Sequence record: OR805295.1
DNA length: 64,000 nucleotides
Strand: one strand, 5' to 3'
Of this stretch, positions 1-9,656 are shown in pieces. Position numbers and translations under genes: made by a program. The notes below the pieces were generated by a model. It saw nothing but the letters and a program-made list of their open reading frames with translations. It had not been told where the DNA came from and made no database searches. Numbering within the stretch: the stretch's first letter is position 1; each line of letters opens with the position of its first letter.

Positions 1-2
1 AA

Positions 3-416
3 GACGGCGACGAAGTAGTAAGTAATGCATTGAAACATAACTGTAAACATATATATTTCGGTGCTAATCAAAGTTTCCCTCTACACGAAATAGATATAAC
101 AGAAGTAATTAAATGGAAACAAATGATACTGCATTGCTTAAATAAAGGATTTTGGTGTACTTTAGATTTTGATATATGCAATTCTTCTGCAATTTTAGAA
201 ATGGATTTATCTAAGTATGATAAATTTATTCCTATTATAAGTGCAAAAATACCAAATATATCCGAATACAATAAAAACACTATATTAAAGATAGATGATA
301 TAGGTTTTGATGAAACTAACGAAGGAGTATGGTGTCATAAGTTAAATGATTTAAAAGATAATACCGTACATACTAGCTGGGACAAATATACAGGAGATAT
401 TTCAATTGACGAATAA
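3..416 (+). CDS. Conserved phage hypothetical protein, 5' truncated by window edge
   Basis: Frame open from position 3; motifs KHIYFGANQSF, WCTLD, TNEGVWCH. Confidence 0.8.
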   Translation, partial: DGDEVVSNALKHNCKHIYFGANQSFPLHEIDITEVIKWKQMILHCLNKGFWCTLDFDICNSSAILEMDLSKYDKFIPIISAKIPNISEYNKNTILKIDDIGFDETNEGVWCHKLNDLKDNTVHTSWDKYTGDISIDE

Positions 417-711
417 AATTAATTATAGCAAAGTATATGAACCAAAAGGCGCACTATATAGAATTCGTCGCATTTCTGACGGTGCATTTAGCACAGGGTC
501 TTCTAGTCCGGTGTTTGTAACTTCTGGTCCGGGAAAAGTATTCAATACTTTAGGTAAACTTAGATCTCATCTTACTACTATTCGTAATAACCCGGTTTTA
601 CAAGACATATACAACGAATGTGAAATTGTTCAGTATGTAGAAGCTGACCAGCCAACATACACTCTAGCTGAACACACAGAATTACTTATACTTAAAAAGT
701 TAACACAATAA
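406..711 (+). CDS. Hypothetical protein
   Basis: 101 aa ORF overlapping upstream stop. Confidence 0.7.
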   Translation: MTNKINYSKVYEPKGALYRIRRISDGAFSTGSSSPVFVTSGPGKVFNTLGKLRSHLTTIRNNPVLQDIYNECEIVQYVEADQPTYTLAEHTELLILKKLTQ

Positions 712-774
712 CGCGCTTTACTGCGCGTTAATTTGCGCGTATGCTGCAAAAACATGTAACACTAGAGCTTATAT

Positions 775-1251
775 ATGCTTATGCTTAAAAAGCTGTATAA
801 CGCAATTTATGCGTTCCTTAACGAACTTGCTTATATAAAATATATAAGATTCTATGTCTTCTTTAAATGTGTTCATAAGCATCATGTATCGGAAATACTT
901 CTGTTAAGTAATCTAGCAGGTACGACTATAGGAGCATATAGATTTGAACGTCTCGGAAGCATGGATTATTGCACTATATCGATTGACATGCCACTCGACG
1001 AGGATTATTTTATTGCCTGTAATACAAAAGGAATTATTTCTGTAGCAAAATGTAATCTCATATCAATGAATTTTTATGATTTTGGTACACAATTATCAAA
1101 CTATTACTTTTTTAAATACGACAATACATCGAATGGTTCGTTTTTTGTGTATCCATCCAAAAATTATTTAGTACATCCAGAAGTAATATCTTATATAAAG
1201 AAATATAATAATGAGAGTTTATATAAAAGAACAACGTATTTGCCGGGGTAA
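775..1251 (+). CDS. Hypothetical protein
   Basis: 158 aa ORF in co-directional run. Confidence 0.55.
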   Translation: MLMLKKLYNAIYAFLNELAYIKYIRFYVFFKCVHKHHVSEILLLSNLAGTTIGAYRFERLGSMDYCTISIDMPLDEDYFIACNTKGIISVAKCNLISMNFYDFGTQLSNYYFFKYDNTSNGSFFVYPSKNYLVHPEVISYIKKYNNESLYKRTTYLPG

Positions 1252-1450
1252 TGCCGAAATATACGATATAGTTATCAGACAGGAAGGTTATTTAGAATTT
1301 CTAGAAGAAACAGAAACAGAATACACAGGATTTCTAAATGTTGTTAAAATATACAAATGCACCGATGGGTATCAAAAACGAATTCATACAACAAAACAGA
1401 AGTTTTCTTTTCCGAAAGATTCTGACGAAATACTTATAATAGAATTATAG
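1211..1450 (+). CDS. Hypothetical protein
   Basis: 79 aa ORF in co-directional run. Confidence 0.6.
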   Translation: MRVYIKEQRICRGNAEIYDIVIRQEGYLEFLEETETEYTGFLNVVKIYKCTDGYQKRIHTTKQKFSFPKDSDEILIIEL

Positions 1451-1460
1451 GAATTTCTGC

Positions 1461-2027
1461 ATGACTACAACTGAGGCAACTCTACTTAGTCTCGCTATCG
1501 CTGCAAGTTGTATGGTAGCAGACAAAATGTATTCTAAAGAATTTGAATACATTACTAACCTTAAAATAAAAGAAGAAAAACTAAAAGAAGAATTTGCTAT
1601 AAATGATGAAGATAAAATAAAATCATACATAGCATTGTGTAAAAGAAGAAAGAATTGCAGGGCAGTAGCAGAAGCAATATATTATGAAGCGCGTAGTGAA
1701 TCTAGGATAGGAATGCAAGGTGTAGCATTTACGATATTAAATAGAGCCATGAATCCTACTAGATGGCCCAACACCCCGTACAGTGTGGTTTACTATAAAT
1801 GCCAATTTAGTTATACTTGCGACGGCAGTAGAAAACAAGGTTTTAAAGAAAAAGATAAATGGGATTTAGCTAATATAGTAGCATATAGGGCTATAAATAG
1901 ACTATCTAGCGATCCCACCAACGGCGCTGATCATTATTATGCACCGCACAGAGTAAGCAAACCGTATTGGGCAAAGAAAATGAGAAAAACTGCCAAATTA
2001 GGTAATCATGTGTTTTATAAATCGTAA
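1461..2027 (+). CDS. SleB-like cell wall hydrolase (Hydrolase_2)
   Basis: AEAIYYEARSE, VAFTILNR, CQFSYTCDG, GADHYYA, PYWA, LGNHVFY motifs; hydrophobic N-terminus. Confidence 0.92.
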   Translation: MTTTEATLLSLAIAASCMVADKMYSKEFEYITNLKIKEEKLKEEFAINDEDKIKSYIALCKRRKNCRAVAEAIYYEARSESRIGMQGVAFTILNRAMNPTRWPNTPYSVVYYKCQFSYTCDGSRKQGFKEKDKWDLANIVAYRAINRLSSDPTNGADHYYAPHRVSKPYWAKKMRKTAKLGNHVFYKS

Positions 2028-2042
2028 TGAGGGGATTATACT

Positions 2043-2273
2043 ATGGTATGCAAAACAATAACAAAAGAAATGTTTGAAATGCAATATAATATAAGAAACT
2101 ATTCTACCGTTGCTCATATATATATTAGCACAAGAGCAAATATAATAGAAATATATTATAAAACCCCGTTTAACCAGGGCATAGTATTGCAAAATTATTA
2201 CGTTAACGAAGAATGCGACCAATATATACAGTCTTGTAGATTATATAGGGAATATGAAAAAAATAGAATATAA
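2043..2273 (+). CDS. Hypothetical protein
   Basis: 76 aa ORF with GAGGGG RBS. Confidence 0.6.
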   Translation: MVCKTITKEMFEMQYNIRNYSTVAHIYISTRANIIEIYYKTPFNQGIVLQNYYVNEECDQYIQSCRLYREYEKNRI

Positions 2274-2553
2274 AATAAATCTTTTAATCGAAGAAATAAA
2301 AGAGTTTAAAAGAACAAAAAAAGAACTCAATGAAGACCTAATGCAACATTATACAAAGTTCTATTCAGAACAAGTTAAAGATGTTTATTTTAGATCTTTA
2401 AATTTTAGACGAAATTCTGTAAAACAACTTATTAAACAATTGCATACAGTATGTAAACAAGCTAAAATAAAATTACTTTATATTAAAGCTAAGTCTTCAA
2501 CTAAACAGCAGAGGCAAAAATGTAATAAAGTAAACGTAACTAGACGAACATAA
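2254..2553 (+). CDS. Hypothetical basic helical protein
   Basis: 99 aa ORF overlapping previous gene. Confidence 0.6.
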   Translation: MKKIEYKINLLIEEIKEFKRTKKELNEDLMQHYTKFYSEQVKDVYFRSLNFRRNSVKQLIKQLHTVCKQAKIKLLYIKAKSSTKQQRQKCNKVNVTRRT

Positions 2554-2569
2554 TATTTTGCGCTATACT
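2541..2569 (+). promoter_or_regulatory. sigma70-type promoter
   Basis: TAGACG-17-TATACT upstream of 2628. Confidence 0.75.
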
Positions 2570-2627
2570 GTATATCAAGCTAAGAAGCTTAACAAACAAC
2601 ATTAATACAACCGAGAGGTAATTTGCA

Positions 2628-2987
2628 ATGGCAAAAAGCTACGAAGAAGCATGGGCACTGGCAGAATTTCCCGAGCACTCGAAGGTCGTCGATGGTCAAG
2701 TCGGCGGCGTGACCGAATACGTTCTCCAGGAAATCGACTCCTACTGCATCGTCGACAAGGACGGCAACAAGGTGTGGCTGAACATTCAGGGCAACATGCA
2801 CCGCTTGCTCGGTCCGGCCACCCACATCAACGGGAAAAAGAAAAACGCCTGGGCAGTGGACGGTGACATCATCCGCACCTGGGATGAATACGAAAAAGCC
2901 GTCGGCGACCGGGTGCCGAAAGAGCACATTATGATGCTCAAGCTTCAACACGGCGACGATCAGTTCGAGTTCGACACCGACGACTAA
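2628..2987 (+). CDS. Hypothetical early protein with GC-rich, host-like codon usage
   Basis: GAGAGG RBS, own promoter and terminator, C/G-ending codons. Confidence 0.9.
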   Translation: MAKSYEEAWALAEFPEHSKVVDGQVGGVTEYVLQEIDSYCIVDKDGNKVWLNIQGNMHRLLGPATHINGKKKNAWAVDGDIIRTWDEYEKAVGDRVPKEHIMMLKLQHGDDQFEFDTDD

Positions 2988-3009
2988 ACCGGCGGCGAGT
3001 GCGCTCGGT

Positions 3010-3050
3010 TTATATAAAATAAGGGACTTTATGTCCCTTATTTTATATAA
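3010..3050. terminator. Bidirectional intrinsic terminator
   Basis: TATATAAAATAAGGGAC-tttat-GTCCCTTATTTTATATA perfect stem. Confidence 0.85.
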
Positions 3051-3173
3051 GAAATAAACAATAAATGACATTTTTAGTTGAATGTTGCTTGCAATCATGT
3101 ATTTTTGAATATAATAATTAATGTAAAATATTAGTCGTTTCTGTAATTATATTTTCATAATAGGATATATAGT

Positions 3174-3782
3174 GTGTTCAAAAATGAATGTTTATTAGTA
3201 GGTGTGACTGAAGTTATTGCGAATATATTTTTATTTTCTAAATGTGTTTCTGAATGCAAACCAGCTGGCACATATGTAAGTAATCAATCTATAATCTTAC
3301 GATGGTACTCAACTGGTATAGTAAGTGAAGTTATATATAATATCAAAATAGTGCCTTCTGTAAATAATAAATTATTTTTAAATACGATAACATGGTCTGA
3401 TGGTCATTATGCCTACCAAGACATTAAAAAACCGACCAAAGTATCAGATGTATTACATACTAATAAATATGAAACTTCGTTTGCTATCCATTTTAAAAAC
3501 ATATCGTTTGATATGTTTATTCCTTTTATAGTAAAGGAAGTAAGAGAATGTCAATTTACAATACACGATCTACGGTACATAACAACGATTCCCATAGGAT
3601 CGCGAAATACCAATTATAAAATAATATCGTATGTAAATGATACAGATTTATGTAATGTACATTTTAGTGCCAGGAATTACCTGTACTTTTCATTGACCAC
3701 ATATAATTATAATACTATATATAAACACACATTCAAAATATCAGAACAGTTTAGTATATGGGATATTGATGAAATATGTTAA
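3174..3782 (+). CDS. Hypothetical protein (I/N/Y-rich)
   Basis: 202 aa ORF. Confidence 0.6.
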   Translation: MFKNECLLVGVTEVIANIFLFSKCVSECKPAGTYVSNQSIILRWYSTGIVSEVIYNIKIVPSVNNKLFLNTITWSDGHYAYQDIKKPTKVSDVLHTNKYETSFAIHFKNISFDMFIPFIVKEVRECQFTIHDLRYITTIPIGSRNTNYKIISYVNDTDLCNVHFSARNYLYFSLTTYNYNTIYKHTFKISEQFSIWDIDEIC

Positions 3783-4384
3783 ATTTAAAAGAAATAAGAA
3801 AGTCTGAATACGGGAATATATTTGGAGTTAGCTATCTTATATATAACTGCAGACTTTCTAGTTTCGATGTAGTTCGAAATTCATGCATAATATGTTTTGA
3901 GAGCAATTTTTATAATTGTATAATTCATTCGTGCGAATTGGATTTATTTTATTATAAATATGGATCTTTAAATGACGATCCAGAAAATAATATCTATCCT
4001 ACTGAAATTAAATTATTAAATTCAAACAAATTAAAGAAGAATAGAATTTTTTATTCTTATATATCTATAATATCCAAAGCAAATGAGTTATACAAATATA
4101 TTCCCTATATACTATCTAGGATTGCATCCAATTCTATCGTACTTCATAATTACAAAAACTTGAATATAGGTGATTACGGCGGTTTTATACGTGTGTGGAC
4201 ATACTGGACTAATTCACACATACTCGGAGGACCTAATGTAAGTGTAAATAATTCGGCTATAACTGTTATATTTCCTAAGATCAATAAAACAGAATACAGC
4301 ATGCCTGTAATAGAATCCTATAATTTGGTATTAGAAATAGATAAAAACTCTAATATAATTTTTCCGGTATTAATAAATGAATGA
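3776..4384 (+). CDS. Hypothetical protein (I/N/Y-rich)
   Basis: 202 aa ORF overlapping neighbours. Confidence 0.6.
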   Translation: MLNLKEIRKSEYGNIFGVSYLIYNCRLSSFDVVRNSCIICFESNFYNCIIHSCELDLFYYKYGSLNDDPENNIYPTEIKLLNSNKLKKNRIFYSYISIISKANELYKYIPYILSRIASNSIVLHNYKNLNIGDYGGFIRVWTYWTNSHILGGPNVSVNNSAITVIFPKINKTEYSMPVIESYNLVLEIDKNSNIIFPVLINE

Positions 4385-4856
4385 AACCATACAATCTCTC
4401 CGAAGAGAAATAGAATTATTAAAAGATCAAGGTCTAAAATTAAGACATATAAAAAATCCTTGTAAAAAATGTATGGGCTACGGAATTATTTGTTATGGAT
4501 CTACTGCTATGTGGAACAGAGGTGCAGTCGGAGGGAATGCAATAACACCCGGCCGGTGCGATGCTTGCTGGGGTTCTGGTGATGAAGATAACCCGTGGGA
4601 AAATTTATTAGAATTAACAATTCAAAAAAGAACAATAGATACAATCTACAACTCTCTTAAATTGGATGGTTGGATAGAAGTAACGTCCGATACTGTATTT
4701 TTTAAAGGAAGTAACAGAGTTGTTACTAAATCTGGAAATATTTTATATGGATATAGAAGTTATTATAATGACAAACAATTAATCTGCTACATCGAAGAAC
4801 CTAATACTTCAATTAATTTAAAAATAACTAGTTGTGTTTTTATACAAAAGTGTTAA
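4377..4856 (+). CDS. Protein with DnaJ-type CxxCxGxG zinc finger
   Basis: CKKCMGYG and CDACWGSG. Confidence 0.7.
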   Translation: MNETIQSLRREIELLKDQGLKLRHIKNPCKKCMGYGIICYGSTAMWNRGAVGGNAITPGRCDACWGSGDEDNPWENLLELTIQKRTIDTIYNSLKLDGWIEVTSDTVFFKGSNRVVTKSGNILYGYRSYYNDKQLICYIEEPNTSINLKITSCVFIQKC

Positions 4857-4878
4857 AATGTAATATATTTAAAAACTT

Positions 4879-5268
4879 TTGAGATTACCAATGTATAATT
4901 TCGAAAAGTTTATAACCGAGTATCTGTATAATAAAAAAGAGACAGAGCATTACGGGTATTTTTCTATATATAATTCTATTATTTTAAAGTGTATTTCTGG
5001 ATGTTCAGATGAGCACTACGAATTTATTTCTAATTCTTTTATATCATATAAATGTAAAAAGAAATTAATAATAGAATTTTCTGTTAAATCGAAAGATAAC
5101 ATATACCATTCCATTAAACTTGCAGCAAAATATCACTCTAAAACAAAAGAAAAGTTAGACACTATTACTAATGTGGATAATTTATTTTTGTTTGAAACAA
5201 AAATAGGAATTATAGGTAATAATTTGTCTGTATATGTAGATTTAGGCGAAGTAGAATATATTGTATGA
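4879..5268 (+). CDS. Hypothetical protein
   Basis: 129 aa ORF. Confidence 0.6.
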   Translation: MRLPMYNFEKFITEYLYNKKETEHYGYFSIYNSIILKCISGCSDEHYEFISNSFISYKCKKKLIIEFSVKSKDNIYHSIKLAAKYHSKTKEKLDTITNVDNLFLFETKIGIIGNNLSVYVDLGEVEYIV

Positions 5269-5891
5269 TATACAGTTCGCATGCAAACATATTTAGGTCT
5301 GTTGCAAATTCTCTTATTTTAGAAATTTATAAAATAAACATCTCTTTAGAAAAAATGATAGACGATGGACACGGCGACATATTAGATAGACAAGTAGTTT
5401 GCAGGAAAGGAACTTGGTTTTCTAAAAATTATTATATAATTTCTTCTTCTGCAAAAGAATTAGTTTCTCTTTCACCTGCATTTGTAGAAATATCAAACAT
5501 TACTGTATCTGCATATACTTCTGGCGCATTAAAAAATAACCCTTTATCTAAAATGAAGGGATTCGACAAATATATGCATAATGTAGGTGATGCGCTAACT
5601 GCAATTAATTCGTCTAAGCTTGCAAACAAACTATTTAAATCTATAGAAGAACAAAATATAATTGTTGCTAAAGGCAGGGAAGAATATGCTTTATCGCAAA
5701 GTTTAATAAAAGAAAATTGTCATACAAACAAAGGAATACAATATAAACAATTAGAAGAAATAATTAATACCTATATACGTCAATTGCCAGAACACTTACA
5801 ACACGAAGCAAGAAACAGAATAAGAAAATCCGATAAGAAACTTAAATCTTTAATTAGTTACGCACAAGAACATAACATAACTTTTATATAG
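5265..5891 (+). CDS. Hypothetical protein
   Basis: 208 aa ORF, ATGA overlap. Confidence 0.7.
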   Translation: MIYSSHANIFRSVANSLILEIYKINISLEKMIDDGHGDILDRQVVCRKGTWFSKNYYIISSSAKELVSLSPAFVEISNITVSAYTSGALKNNPLSKMKGFDKYMHNVGDALTAINSSKLANKLFKSIEEQNIIVAKGREEYALSQSLIKENCHTNKGIQYKQLEEIINTYIRQLPEHLQHEARNRIRKSDKKLKSLISYAQEHNITFI

Positions 5892-5901
5892 TGGAAATAT
5901 A

Positions 5902-6231
5902 ATGAAAAATATAATTAAACATATTTTAGATTTTTATAACGGATTTTCCTATATAGTTCTATCAAACGTTATATTTCTTTTCAGTTGTATAGTAACTACA
6001 GTATTTCTGTGTTATGTGTCTAAATTAAATAATGTACAAAATTTGGTATCCGACTCGGTTTATACAACTATAGTAGTTTTGTATTGTATTATAGGTCTTC
6101 TATGTGGATTAAAAAGTTGTAAAATAATAGAATTGATAAAACCAGAGAAAAATATTGCAACTACTGTAGGTGTTATAACCGGCATCGCCGTAGTGTTAGT
6201 TGCTATGTTGGGATGGATATATGCGGCGTAA
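5902..6231 (+). CDS. Membrane protein
   Basis: Three hydrophobic segments. Confidence 0.7.
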   Translation: MKNIIKHILDFYNGFSYIVLSNVIFLFSCIVTTVFLCYVSKLNNVQNLVSDSVYTTIVVLYCIIGLLCGLKSCKIIELIKPEKNIATTVGVITGIAVVLVAMLGWIYAA

Positions 6232-7648
6232 TAGAAATCTTTCATCTTCTCATAGATTGATATCAAAAGTAGCCGTTAAGATTAAAATTCCCCATATGAT
6301 GAGCGGGAAATTAAATGGAGCATTTGATCACTATTTTAGTAAGAATATAATAGCAGAGGATGCTGCTATCTGTAGATGGGCAGGAGATAGCAAATATGCA
6401 GGAAGATCGTCGATATATTCTGACGATATACCCCGTCAATTAATACGCAACACTGCAGGAAATGTCTCAGGTTGCACATCTTACACTAACAAAGTTATTA
6501 TGAATTATAAAGAGGATGCCGGAATGACTCAAGTTAACAGAACCTACACACGTAATAGTAACGATATTGAGTTTTCTCTGGAAGAAGAATTCTCTAATGT
6601 CTTTAATGAATCGCCTATAAGAAAAACGTGGGTAGCATTTATAGATTGTAACACAAAGGCAGTAGAAGAAGCATTTAAAACTTGCCTAAGTAAAGAATCG
6701 TTTGATATAATCTCCAAAAAATATACAAATATAACATCTTATTCGTCATCTGATGCAGAGCGAGATGCAGACGTTGCATCTGAGGAAATTTGGGTAATAG
6801 GAAACGAAAAAGCAGCTATTTCTAGAATTACAGATATTTACGATAGTGTACGGTTTATGGTAATTTCTGCAAATGATAGTTGTAATGTAGCTAGGTTTGT
6901 AGAAGAATTTGGAAAAGTATATGCAAATGCATATCCTAAAGTAAAAGAAGAAAAACCGGAAATTAATATTATTGTGGCTGATTCCCACGGTTATGATTTA
7001 GAGTCGTTTGACATGACTCCTCTGCAAAACATAGATGCCTTTATTGAAGAAAATTATAACGATGATTTTAAAGACACATCTGAATATATAGTAGAAAAAA
7101 TTATTAGTTCTAGTAAAGGTATAACACTCCTTCATGGCGAACGAGGAACTGGTAAAACTAATTTCATCCGATACATTGCAAATAAAGCTAAAAAGAAGAA
7201 ACTCATATATGTTCCTTCCGATATGGCTCCGGAGTTAGCCAGACCTCAGTTTGTCTCGTTTGTTATGAACCACAAAGATAGTGTGTTTATAGTAGAAGAC
7301 GCAGAAAATATTCTCCGTCCTCGGGAAGGCGGCGGCAGTTCAGCAGTGTCTAACCTTCTTAACATGAGTGACGGTATCCTAGGTGATGCTGTTCGGTGTC
7401 AGTTTATTTGTACGTTTAACTGTAAAATTTCAGAAATTGACAGTGCATTGACTCGTAAAGGTCGGTTAAATGCAGAGTATGAATTTAACAAATTAACAAA
7501 AGAAAAATCCCAAAATCTTTTAGACAAAAAATACGGAACAGGAACATATGTAGCAAAAGGCGAAATGACGCTAGCAGACATTTACAATATGGATAATCCT
7601 GACTTTAAAGTCCAACTTAAGAAACAAAAAATTGGTTTCGGGAACTAA
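6200..7648 (+). CDS. AAA+ family ATPase (true start may be ATG 6296)
   Basis: Walker A GERGTGKT, Walker B FIVEDAE, LLNMSDGILGD, RKGRL arginine finger. Confidence 0.9.
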   Translation: MLCWDGYMRRNRNLSSSHRLISKVAVKIKIPHMMSGKLNGAFDHYFSKNIIAEDAAICRWAGDSKYAGRSSIYSDDIPRQLIRNTAGNVSGCTSYTNKVIMNYKEDAGMTQVNRTYTRNSNDIEFSLEEEFSNVFNESPIRKTWVAFIDCNTKAVEEAFKTCLSKESFDIISKKYTNITSYSSSDAERDADVASEEIWVIGNEKAAISRITDIYDSVRFMVISANDSCNVARFVEEFGKVYANAYPKVKEEKPEINIIVADSHGYDLESFDMTPLQNIDAFIEENYNDDFKDTSEYIVEKIISSSKGITLLHGERGTGKTNFIRYIANKAKKKKLIYVPSDMAPELARPQFVSFVMNHKDSVFIVEDAENILRPREGGGSSAVSNLLNMSDGILGDAVRCQFICTFNCKISEIDSALTRKGRLNAEYEFNKLTKEKSQNLLDKKYGTGTYVAKGEMTLADIYNMDNPDFKVQLKKQKIGFGN

Positions 7649-7653
7649 ACAAT

Positions 7654-7917
7654 ATGCGTAGATATTTCATTGCATATTTTTCACTGATATTCATATTAGC
7701 TATATCCGGAATTATATATGCGTTGACATATGGATTTATATTTGCCGGAAAAGAAAACTCTCCGGGGTATTCTAATAGTAGGGATAATCTTATTAAAAAT
7801 ATGAATGAATTATTGGAACAACAAAAAGCACTAAATTTGGAAATAAAGGAATTAAACAAAGAAATTAATTCTACTAAAACTGAAATATCAACAAAATTAC
7901 AAAATGTAGACACCTAA
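7654..7917 (+). CDS. Membrane-anchored coiled-coil protein
   Basis: N-terminal hydrophobic helix plus heptad-rich C-terminus. Confidence 0.7.
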   Translation: MRRYFIAYFSLIFILAISGIIYALTYGFIFAGKENSPGYSNSRDNLIKNMNELLEQQKALNLEIKELNKEINSTKTEISTKLQNVDT

Positions 7918-7932
7918 CAGTAGTTTCTATAT

Positions 7933-7965
7933 AATAAAACAGGAGCATTAGGCTCCTGTTTTATT
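7933..7965. terminator. Bidirectional terminator between convergent genes
   Basis: AATAAAACAGGAGC-attag-GCTCCTGTTTTATT. Confidence 0.85.
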
Positions 7966-8700
7966 TTTTGAAATTTTAGTCATTATAGTATTATATAAAT
8001 CATAAGCACGTTTGATTATACGTTTATATGCTCTGGGGTTTTCATTTTTAAGAAACATAATATAATTTATGTGTGCATTTTCTATAAATGCATTTATAAA
8101 TTCTTCTTTTGTTAAGACAGTTCCTTTTTTGTATAAAAAACTAAATTGATCTACAGTTTGTTCTAAAGCTTGACTTATTCTTGCATTTATTTCGTATGAT
8201 TGTCTATAATATGTATCTGAAGATGCCGGATCGTATCTTTTTATTTTTTCTTTCTTAAACGGTTGTCCTTTATTTTTATCTAGTGCATGCCTTAACTCGT
8301 GTACTATAGTTGAGACTACACTCTTGTTATTACTAAAAGAATTACCATAATAATGGGTATAAACATATATCGTATTAGATACTAAGTTGTATTCTCCTTT
8401 CTTTGCACCGTGTTGTCCAGAAATGTCAAACACTACCTGAATATCTTTAAATTCATTGTATAAATCATCGAATATATCATCAGGAATTATATTTTTTAAA
8501 ACAACACTATAGGTATTTAACATTATTTCTATAGTAGGCCAATCGTACTTTTTCAACAACAATTGATCTTCTATTTCTTCTCTGTGTTGTTTCAAATTGT
8601 TGAAATATGATACGGCGTTTGCTACACACATTTTCGCAATATTTTGAATAATCAGTTCTTCGTCTGAAGTTTCGATTAAATTAATTTCGTTTAGTCGCAC
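7948..8700 (-). CDS. Zincin-like metallopeptidase, putative head-internal protein
   Basis: HELRHALD...YEINARI; 10-aa leader MRLNEINLIE. Confidence 0.75.
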   Translation of the reverse strand: MRLNEINLIETSDEELIIQNIAKMCVANAVSYFNNLKQHREEIEDQLLLKKYDWPTIEIMLNTYSVVLKNIIPDDIFDDLYNEFKDIQVVFDISGQHGAKKGEYNLVSNTIYVYTHYYGNSFSNNKSVVSTIVHELRHALDKNKGQPFKKEKIKRYDPASSDTYYRQSYEINARISQALEQTVDQFSFLYKKGTVLTKEEFINAFIENAHINYIMFLKNENPRAYKRIIKRAYDLYNTIMTKISKNKTGA

Positions 8701-9370
8701 GATTTTCTGCCCTTTTCTTTAATGTAACATACAATTCGTAACATCTAGATACTATTCGTTTCCATACTTTTGGATTTTCTTTCTTTAAGTATGTAAGCTG
8801 ATGACCTTTTGCGAATTTTTCTATATTATCTAGAAACCATTCTTTGGATGGTATTTCTTTTGAAGATCCCCAATACTGCAAAAATATAACCTTAAGATCA
8901 TTTAATAATTCGGCTATTCTTGCATTTATTTCGTATTTTTGATTTAAATATTCTTTATGTTTATCTGAATTGTTTGTATGTTTATATAATAATGGATTAC
9001 CCTTAGAACTATCTAATGCATGTTGTAATTCATGAACTAAGGTATTTGTGTATGTTATATCATTTTTATATGAATCCGGACCTATATCAAAAAGTGCTAT
9101 GAGATTTTTGCCATCAGTTCTTTGAATAAAAGCACCGTTGTATTGTTCTGGATGCTCACTTGCATACGGACGTATTATTAAATCGGAAATATTATTTAAA
9201 ATAGGATACTTATCGAAATATTCTTGTTTTATTAAATCTTTTAGTTTGTATGAATTGTATATTTTATTTTCTGCATTCTTTTCTATAACAAACCATATTA
9301 TTTTTGCAATAGTAGATAATATTATACTTTCGCTTGCCTTTTCCGTTAGATTAAATTCTAAAATTTTCAT
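8681..9370 (-). CDS. Zincin-like metallopeptidase, paralog of 7948-8700
   Basis: HELQHALD...YEINARI; leader MKILEFNLTE; shared KxENPxxxKRI. Confidence 0.75.
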   Translation of the reverse strand: MKILEFNLTEKASESIILSTIAKIIWFVIEKNAENKIYNSYKLKDLIKQEYFDKYPILNNISDLIIRPYASEHPEQYNGAFIQRTDGKNLIALFDIGPDSYKNDITYTNTLVHELQHALDSSKGNPLLYKHTNNSDKHKEYLNQKYEINARIAELLNDLKVIFLQYWGSSKEIPSKEWFLDNIEKFAKGHQLTYLKKENPKVWKRIVSRCYELYVTLKKRAENRATKRN

Positions 9371-9376
9371 TATATC

Positions 9377-9571
9377 CTATCCGTTATGTTTCCAATACTG
9401 GATAGATTTTTCTTGTTTAGAAACCCAGTCTTTAGAAGGTTTTCCTTTACCCTCATAATATCTAAGGGGCTTCCCTGTCTTTTTAGAAACAAGTGCCCAT
9501 TTTCCATTTATATGTTTTAATTCTTCGTCTAATTCTGACGATTCTAGTATGCATATTTCGGAAAGTTTCAT
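9377..9571 (-). CDS. Small basic putative head-internal protein
   Basis: Leader MKLSEICILE; GKWALVSKKTGK motif. Confidence 0.75.
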   Translation of the reverse strand: MKLSEICILESSELDEELKHINGKWALVSKKTGKPLRYYEGKGKPSKDWVSKQEKSIQYWKHNG

Positions 9572-9599
9572 AATCTTTAATCCTGTATTATATGTATAT

Positions 9600-9632
9600 G
9601 CTTATTTATCGCATTATATAACTAAATAGTGT
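9600..9632. promoter_or_regulatory. Divergent T4-like late promoter motifs
   Basis: GATAAATA on minus strand toward 9571 and ACTAAATA on plus strand toward 9657; resemble T4 late TATAAATA. Confidence 0.5.
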
Positions 9633-9656
9633 TATCTTGTAAAGGAGGAGTTTTCC

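Noticed and set aside
2589-3098. Minus-strand 169 aa ORF
   Set aside because: Antisense shadow of GC-rich gene 2628
3174-4384. Four-unit members of the ILxLQ family
   Set aside because: Similar composition but motif not convincingly repeated; needs an HMM test
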